The notes under the pieces: model-generated
Seen by the model: the letters and a program-made list of their open reading frames with translations, nothing else
Databases searched by the model: none
What the model was told of the DNA's origin: nothing
Shown here: piece by piece, positions 46,727-64,000 of the stretch
How the letters are laid out: every line of letters starts with the position of its first letter
Position numbering within the stretch: the stretch's first letter is position 1
Origin: Trichoplax adhaerens
Taxonomy: Eukaryota; Animalia; Placozoa
NCBI RefSeq assembly: GCF_000150275.1
Contig: NW_002060946.1
Span: 5,928,597 to 5,992,596 of the forward strand
Direction: 5' to 3'
Length of the DNA stretch: 64,000 bases
Translations under genes and position numbers: made by a program

Positions 46727-49708
46727 ATGGAGAATGCGTCAGATTCATATCACACTGATGGCTACCTAAATACAAATGGCTCGAGTATAATTATGGCAAA
46801 TGGTGAAATTTCACTAAATTGTAGTATATGTAGAAAACGCTTTAATACGCCACGTTTGTTGCCATGTTTGCACACATTTTGCCATAAATGCATCGAAGGG
46901 CTAAAATCGATGAGTTCTAACTCGATTATATGTCCATTATGCCAGAAAGAAGTGAGACTAATGAATGGTATGACTACATTTCCAATCAACTTCGTTATCA
47001 ACAATTTATTGAATGTTAAAGCTTTACAAGATACAAAAAGTGGCTCATTTTTCTGTTGCGATTCGTGTGAAACCGATGATTCAGCTGCTAGATATCGTTG
47101 TGACCAATGCTTACAGTTTTTATGCGATTTTTGTGCTGAAGCCCATCGTAGAATGAGTGTTACGCGTAATCATAATATTGCTAGTATTGAACAATTACTT
47201 ACACGCGTAGAATTAAGCGGTCCCGTTGCTTTACAACGTCCATACTTCTGCAAGCGTCATAAAGGCGAACCATTTCGTTATTATTGTCAAGAATGTCAAG
47301 AGCACCTTTGTCGTGAATGTATCGAACAACATCGAACACACACTACTAGTGTATTAGAGGATGCTGCAACACAAACTAAAAGGAATATTGAACAAGCACT
47401 TAAAAAGGCTCGAATTAACAGTAAGCCTGTTGTCAACTCACTTTTAACGGTGAAAAGTACCATGAAAGATGTTAATAAAAGTGTTACACAAGTTAACAAT
47501 GTTATAAAGAAAACTTTCGATAGATTGATTGAATTGCTACAATTGCGTGCAAGAGAATTATTTAGTGAGGTGCAAACTATTAGATCAGCTAAAATTAAGC
47601 TTCTGCAACGTCAGCATGATGAAATTGAAACTTCGCTAGAGACTACAATTACTGGTTGTACATTAGCTGAGCATGTGTTGAAAGAAGGTAGCTCGGTGGA
47701 AATTTTAAATTTAGGACCGCATATCATTAATCGATTGGAAGAATTATCCTCCCAAAAATATGACAAATCCATTCTTCAACCACAGGAAGATTCACATATT
47801 GAATTCATGAATGAAAATGAAATCTTTCAACAAGCTCTTAATAATTTTGGCAGAATTAATAGCAATGCCAAGACATGTCCCAGTGCCTCGTCTATCGTTG
47901 AATGTCCAGCGCTACATTATTGTCCAACAGGAAAAAGAATGGCGTTAACCCTTATTACCCGAGATTCTTTCAATACGCCTCGACGGACAGGTGGTGACAA
48001 CGTGCAAGGCGTTTTGAGGCGATTAGATTCGAACAACAAACGCAGTAAGTGAATTATTCTTGTTAATACCACCATTATTGATATCGTATTATTATTGAAA
48101 ATGTTATTTCCAAATTAATACATAACGTAATTTTTCACGATAGGTTATAAGTAGTAGTGATGATATTATGTAATGTATTAATAATGATTTTTTATCCTAT
48201 GTGTATCATCGTTTGTAGATGACAGTACTAAAGAGTCAAAAGCAGAAATAATTGATAACAGAGATGGAACCTATGCCATTGTATACAGTACATGGATTTC
48301 TGGGCCACATTTATTAAATATAACAGTCAATGGAGCACCCATTGCAGGCAGCCCATTCAAGGTAATTAATTACAGTAGCTAGAAATTGTCTACATTTTTT
48401 TTAATGAAAGAAGCCGTATTAAGGTGATTAAACATGTGTATAGTATATAGCCTTACCGTACACCTAGAGAGATAAATGCATACTTGGAGGCTATACTGAT
48501 TATTTTTTACGTCACTTTTGTAATTACAAATCTATTCAGATTAAGTCAATTACAACGCGAAATTTTCAAGGAATTTCTACAGCAAAATTAAGCTTTAGTC
48601 GGCGTGGAGATGGTTGGGAGCAACTGCAACGCCCGAATGATGTTATTTGTGATCATGAAAACAATATATTTATTACTGATACTGGGAATGATAGGGTACA
48701 AATTTTTCAACCTGACGGCCAGTTAGTGCATTCTTTTGGTAGCAGTGGGAGTAATCCCGGTCAATTCGAGTCACCTTCTTGCTTAACTTTAGATATCGAT
48801 GGCAATGTAATTGTATCAGATACGAACAACAATCGAGTGCAAGTCTTCACTCGAAAAGGTATCTTTATTAAGTCTTTAGGCAGTGGCGGTACCGAACCAG
48901 GAGAATTTCACGATCCTCACGGGATCACTATTGATAAAGATGGTAGAATTTTTGTTGTCGACAGTGGTAATCATCGCATCCAAGTATTTAGTTCAGACGG
49001 TGAATATCTATATCACTTTGGGGCGAAAGGTGATAACCCTGGGCAATTAGGGCTTCCCTGGGGTATTGCAATAGATCATTCCGGCAATATTTTAATTACA
49101 GACTATAAGAATCACCGAATTCAGGTTTTCGATCGAAACGGCAAGTACCGTTATTTATTTGGATCTAGAGGAAATGATACTGGCAGATTAAATAACCCGA
49201 CAGGTATTACGGTAGCTCCTGGAGGTCAAATTATGGTAGCGGATCGTAGCAATCATGCGGTGCAGGTAATATGCGTATATTCTATAAGTTTCTTTACTAC
49301 ATGAGGTACAGAAATGAAATTTATGCGAATTATAACTATCCTGTATTATTATTGGATAGTACACATTTTACAATTTTATCATGATGATTCCACTCCTTTT
49401 TATGCAATATGATATACCGTATGGAATGAGATAATTAAGTTGTTGATAAAGCTAGTTAGCAGCGTCGGTTGATTTAAATACACATCACACTAATTAATTA
49501 AAATTATTCGATCTTGCTTAACATACTATAACAAGGTGAATTTATTTCCAATTTGTAGATATTTGCCCCAGATGGTATGCCATTACATAGATTTGGAAGT
49601 AAAGGTGGAACTGTTGGTCAGTTAAAATTTCCAGCTGGAGTTTGTGTAGATAATAGTAATAATGTTATTGTAGCCGATACATTTAATTGTAGAATACAGG
49701 TTTTTTAA
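46727..49708 (+). CDS. TRIM-NHL E3 ubiquitin ligase, TRIM71/LIN-41-type architecture (RING, 2 B-boxes, coiled coil, filamin, 6 NHL repeats)
   Basis: Exons 46727-48044, 48219-48361, 48540-49265, 49559-49708. RING CSIC..LLPCLHTFCHKC..CPLC; B-box1 CDSC..CDQC..LCDFCAEAH; B-box2 CKRH..YCQEC..LCREC..H; filamin DNRDGTY..IAGSPF; six NHL repeats (D..N.R(I/V)Q(V/I)F) ending RIQVF*. Confidence 0.93.
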
Positions 49709-50451
49709 ACGGTAATGGAAACTTTATTACCATATGAAAGTATTTAAGCGATCTACTAATTATTATCTAAAAATATTTTGTTAGAAATATTCCGTACCAC
49801 ACACTATTTAAATAAGGATATCACTCTTAAAAATGTATAGGTACGATACCTTGGCAATATAGAGAGTATGTACAAGTATCACACTGCACATACGCAATTT
49901 TATTAACGTGCATTTTTGCAGCTCAAAGGGAAATAATTTGAGCATTATAACATACAAGGTACTGTTCTATCCGTACTGCATTAATATTGACCCTCATTTC
50001 ATTATAATGACTACCATTAATGAAGTAACGGAGGCAGTTGGTGCCTTATATTTGCGCCTTAAAAAATAATAGATCTTTTCTTTATCTATCGCTACTGTAT
50101 GTTATACTGTAATGTGACAAAATACTTCTATTTCATGCATTGTACGAAAAATTGATCATATGTATTGTATTAATGCTACAATTGGTAGGACAAATAGTTC
50201 ATTAATCTATTTTGATATTTGTTACTACTTTGGGCAATGGCAGAACAGGTGCCTTACTGAATAGCATGTACATAACCAACTGCGCACATGATGCAGTAAC
50301 ATCATGTTATTATTTTTTTTTTCAATATTTTTCTTACTCAATAAAATTTCGTCAATTTAGAAGTGGTGAAATAGCACTAAACTGTGATCCTATGCGTTTG
50401 CTTATATTTTTCTCGTTCTACTTCAAGCTCACCAAGTTTTATTGTTTGTGG

Positions 50452-50483
50452 ATTTAATTTAATTTAATTTAATTTAATTTAAT
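50452..50483. repeat. (ATTTA)6 microsatellite
   Basis: Direct read of the sequence. Confidence 0.9.
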
Positions 50484-50820
50484 ATGACGTTCATTATGTC
50501 AAGCAAAACACCAATCCATTAATGCCAAGAAAATGTAACAACTACGTTGTTGATGGAAGTAGTGTATCTCCATAAAATCATCCTTGCTACTATACAGGCT
50601 GGTATACAGTTACCATACAGTTGTCAACTTTGACTACCATATCGTAGGTTGTACTAACGTTGCTAAGGTTCAATGTAATTAGTAATATTATTATAATAAT
50701 CACCATAGGGATTCATTCATTATTTATTATTATCATGCAACAAGGATTAGCAAGATGTTGATCATAGAAAAAAAAATGATTTTTTTCTCCTTGGCCACCG
50801 TAGATGACTGAACCGATAAC

Positions 50821-51970
50821 ATACAGTACAGTATGATATACTGTACTGCATACTGTACAATTACTGTACTGTACTGTACTGTAATTACAGTAAAATAAAA
50901 TAATTGATTGATTTGACCGAATCTTTACAGTTGAACTCTACAGTACAGTGTACTGTACTGTCTACAGTACTGTAATACTATGCTGTACTGTACTGTAGCG
51001 TTGAGTACAGTATACTGTACGAGTCCCTTTCGCAACGATAGTACAGAACAGTACGGTCGTGTGTAAAAACTTGGAGTAGCGTACAGTACTGTAGTACTGC
51101 AGATATTATTTTTTAGTCTACAGTAGAGTAGACTAAAAACATATTTCTACGTTGGATATTTGACTTCGTTTTAGCCAGTCCTTTTAATGAATAACTGTGA
51201 CAGCAGTTGTTTACTGTACTGTATTGACACTGTACAGTGGATCGTTTATCACGCTAGACGCTAACAAGTGCTGACAACATTAACTAGGAGCACAGACGGC
51301 ACACTCAAAAATAAATACGGAAAAATGCATACATTGATATATAATTATAATCACAATGATATATCGTACAATACAATCAGAGAATGAACTAGGACCACGC
51401 AGACTAGCAGTAAAAAATTACAGTTGTAAGCACCATGATAGAACGTTTCACTAGTTTTACCAACTACAGTTTACACTGCTACATTATTACAGTCAAAAGC
51501 AGCCATTCTGCATTTTCTGCGCGTTAATGCAAGTCGTTACACCATGCAGTACGTACAGTACAGTACTGTATATTTGGTGTACAATGTACTGTAGATCGGT
51601 ACAGTACAGTACAGTACTGTACTGTACGCGGCAAATCATTTTAGTACTGTACAGTACTAAAATGACCATTGCTCAACTGTACTATTGTACCGTACAGGAC
51701 AGTGTACTGTTTCAAATGTTTCACTCGTACAGTACTGTACAGTACTGTACAGTACTGTACAGTACTGTACAGTACTTAGGGGCCTGCGGTACATTGTACC
51801 GTAGTCGGAGACTCTAAAATAATGTAAGTACTGTAGCCATCTGACATCACCGGCTGGCGTACTTGACTGCAAACGGACCGAACTAGGAAGCAAACTGACG
51901 CAACTGACTCTATGGTACAGTACAGTATGGATGTACAGTACACGCCATGCAGACGTATCATACAGTATAG
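50821..51970. repeat. Two islands of TACAG/CTGTA palindromic simple repeats upstream of calcineurin A
   Basis: (TACTG)n at ~50862-50882 and ~50940-51020; perfect (AGTACTGTAC)4+ at 51731-51776; further copies at 51548-51660 and 51915-51968. Confidence 0.88.
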
Positions 51971-52268
51971 TATAAAATAGAGCAGATAAGATCATTATAA
52001 TCTGACACTCTTTAGTGGCGACGCGCGTACAACTACACTGATAACTGTCACGACTGACGCAGTACTGGACTGTACTGGCTTACCTCAGCCGTTGCTATTG
52101 TTGTTATTATTAGAAGGTTATAATAAAAAAAGTTTTCATCGTATACAGTAGATAAGATTTAATCGGCCCACTCTGTTGTCACCTCATCGTTTTTGTGCAT
52201 CGTTTGATGTTATCGTAGCCATCTTTATAGTTAGGATCAAGATTTAAGTTGGTAACGGTGTTTAAAAT

Positions 52269-61123
<8,855 letters not shown>

Positions 61124-63346
61124 ATGTTTTTTCGACTGAAGCTTGAAATTTTACAAAGCTTTATGTATTCATAATAACATTGTAAGTCAGTCTGTAAAAG
61201 ATTACTATTAGCTTGTAATGAAAATGGGTGCCGAAGTAGTGTCTCATTTGAGATTGCTAATATGATCGAAAATGTAACAAATGAATATGTAGTTGTTTGG
61301 TTGAGTTGCTCTCTCATATTTGCAACCTACTGCAAATGAAGTGCAGGCTATGCCTTAAATGTAATCGACTAAACAAAATAACAATTGGCATCTAATCATA
61401 ATGTAGTAAAGATACTGTGTCTCTTGTCGATGAAATCGTATATTACTTATGTTGTGTTACATTACTGGGATTTCGGAAAGGCATACACCAATTTTCGGGT
61501 ATATCGAAAGTGTCGACTGTGTTATTTTAGTTACCATAATTGAAATGGCTTGATAGGTTATGATATAAATGACGATTATCTTGCGTAATACTAACAACAA
61601 TTTGATATTTGCCGTTAGACGCTATGCCAATTTGGCTTTAGATACTTACAGTATTAGAAATTATGATATATACGTATTGTGGTAAATGGATATCGATACC
61701 GAATTGCGCCGTTAAATATCTGCTGTTGTGCTATGAATGTTAGCCACCTCTATAAACTTCTTCGCTACAATACTGTAATCGACACAATTGTAACTGCTAC
61801 CTTTAGATTTGTAATACATTTGTACAGCTTGTAGTTTACAAGTTATTTTAGCCGCGAATTTAAATCTTGGAAGTACACAAGAATTATTTCCTTTTTGCGA
61901 AAGAAAAATTTTTGTTAATAAACTTCCTGTGTTGTTATTGTAAAGATGGCTAACTTTCATCAAGACTTTTTGCAGCTTTCTGCTTTTGTTACGAATGTTT
62001 GCCGCATGCATCACATGTCCGTATACGACCGTACTGTGTATGTTGATATGAGTGCAATTCATGTACTGACTTAAATGACGTGATATCAAGTATTCTAAGT
62101 TAACACAATAAAACTTCAAATAAATGGATTGATTCACTACCTGTACTATAGACTAGTCTTATCAGTATGATAACCTTGCATCACCTGACGGCATCGCGCT
62201 TATATGCAGTAACTTGTGCAGGTGCACGTATATCCGCCAATGATGATATGAGCCGATGCAATGTAGCGTACATTGCAACTGCGCTATAATTTTTTGTACT
62301 GCTAATTAAGATATTCATCGATAACTATATTTTGATGCTAATTAAAGAAAGGCTAGTAAGAAACTTGATTAGTAAAGAGTAAATCCATAATTCCGATTTA
62401 TCGTTTGCTAGCAGGTGGATCAATATATCAACGACGACACATTAAAGGAAATGATAAATATGATACAGTTAGTAGTTATCTCATTGACGATTTTGATGCA
62501 TTTATAATAATCTCGTAGTAAGGGGTACCAGAGTTAGCAGAATACCATTTGGATCTGACATCTCACTAACGAATTTTCTGCCAAATACTGGATTTTAATC
62601 GCATTTTTCGATCGCAGTTACGACTTTATTTCCGGACAATGTGGCACACTGCAGTACTTTTCAAAATTTTGTGCCAGGTAAAAGTAAAATACTTATACAA
62701 TGGCCTCAAAACCAGAAACTAAATTTAATTCGTATCTATACTATTTAAAGCAAAAATAGAATAGAAGAAGAACAAGGTTTTCTTACGGCGCTCTCGGACA
62801 ACACTGGTAAATGTTAATCGCAAAACACATATTACTACATTTCATAATGTATCAATTTTGACGTTGATCAAAACAATAGTAGAAAATCATGACGTTGAAG
62901 CTCTAACCTTCTGATAACATGGTCGAATAAGTATATAACAGATGTTATAGATACAAATACCATTATCCTGAATTTCTTTAGCATTACGATTTAGTGGTGT
63001 AGCTGGAGACAACCGTTACGTCACTAATACAGTATGTTAAATTATGTATTAGATGAAAATGGTTCTCGTTTCCAAATATTTACAGATTACTTATTACGAG
63101 AGAAAAATCTGTACAAAATTTTACATCAAGGGATAAAGTATTTCCTAATAGGGTAAGAGATTTATCAAGGAGTCATCATCTACTCCTGCTATTATCTTCG
63201 AGGTATCAAATAAAGTGCCCATTTCACGATATACATTACAAAGTAGTTCTTTGCGTTATCAATTAATTATCTAAGAAAAAGTTTGTATTTGTTAATAGTA
63301 CTGTTATCTTGGTAATGTGTAACATACACACGTCGATTAAATAAAA

Positions 63347-63853
63347 TTATTTAGATTTTTGCGGTGTTTTAAGAGGTTGAGAATACTTCTGTGAGGACCA
63401 TCGTAAGTATCTAGTATCAAGAGTTATTTGAGGTTTTCGGTACTCCGGGCTTGATAGCAATTCCTCAATCTGCTTCGGAGTTACACAGATTACATGTTGC
63501 CCTTTCCAATATTTAGTCATATTTAGCGATTGTAGGGTACCAATAATATCTTCTTCAGTAATGCATGTCATTTGACTACAAGTGAAGAAATATTAAGAAT
63601 TAGCCACTAAATAAGTGTAACATTGTATAACTTTCGGTATTAAAGGCAAACAAGTACAAACTGAGCTATGAACACTAATAAATCAAGAGGTATTTTACGT
63701 ACCACAAGTCTCGAACGGTCAGCGTTCCTCTAAAATCTTTTAATGCCTCTAGCAATACCCATGACCAATAACTTCGGTACGTCAGCTTTCCTAAATCGGA
63801 TAGAGGTTTCTCCGGCGAGCCAATCTTTCGTTCCATTTTAGCGAGCTCATAAC
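63347..63853 (-). CDS. KAT8: MYST histone acetyltransferase KAT8/MOF, last two exons (gene continues beyond the window)
   Basis: Exon 63853-63703 ([44 protein letters not shown]) and exon 63575-63347 ([22 protein letters not shown]), matching the MOF-type C-terminus. Confidence 0.92.
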
Positions 63854-64000
63854 CTAAGCGTAAAGCATATTAATAATATCACTTGCGGAATAATTCTCAA
63901 ACAGTACTCATGTACTGTACTACACGATACATGACCCTCAGAAAAGTGTTATTTATTTGTATTGTATATCAGATATTTCTGCAATCATCTTTAAGCGATC

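Noticed and set aside
46762-47499. Antisense ORFs within the first TRIM coding exon
   Set aside because: Shadow frames of the real + strand CDS, with no motifs
51527-51995. Overlapping STVQYC-type ORFs
   Set aside because: Same simple-repeat artefact
61712-62137. 141-aa minus-strand ORF between calcineurin and KAT8
   Set aside because: Non-ATG start, no recognisable domain, and it lies in the convergent 3' region; unsupported without expression data

Overview
AT-rich, intron-dense animal genomic DNA. Short introns, gene content and GPCR type suggest a placozoan such as Trichoplax; this is inference, not verified. The left half (1-31 kb) is gene-sparse. It holds a single-exon rhodopsin-class GPCR (+), a >=20-exon adhesion-class GPCR (-) that the ORF track largely misses, several old local duplications and some decayed coding-like relics. 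The right half holds conserved genes: RNA polymerase III largest subunit POLR3A (-, 39 exons by manual reconstruction), a TRIM71/LIN-41-type TRIM-NHL gene (+), calcineurin A (+, 13 exons) and the 3' end of KAT8/MOF (-). The most notable observations are: (1) the adhesion GPCR has a duplicated four-exon HRM+helical module, a shrunken GAIN region and no GPS cleavage motif or tethered agonist, although all splice phases are intact; (2) POLR3A carries two minor-spliceosome (U12-type) introns, one AT-AC and one that is only in frame as AT-AA; (3) dense palindromic TACAG/CTGTA repeat islands sit upstream of the housekeeping genes; (4) a young 90/99-bp minisatellite lies between POLR3A and the TRIM gene. 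All exon structures were read by hand and no database searches were run.
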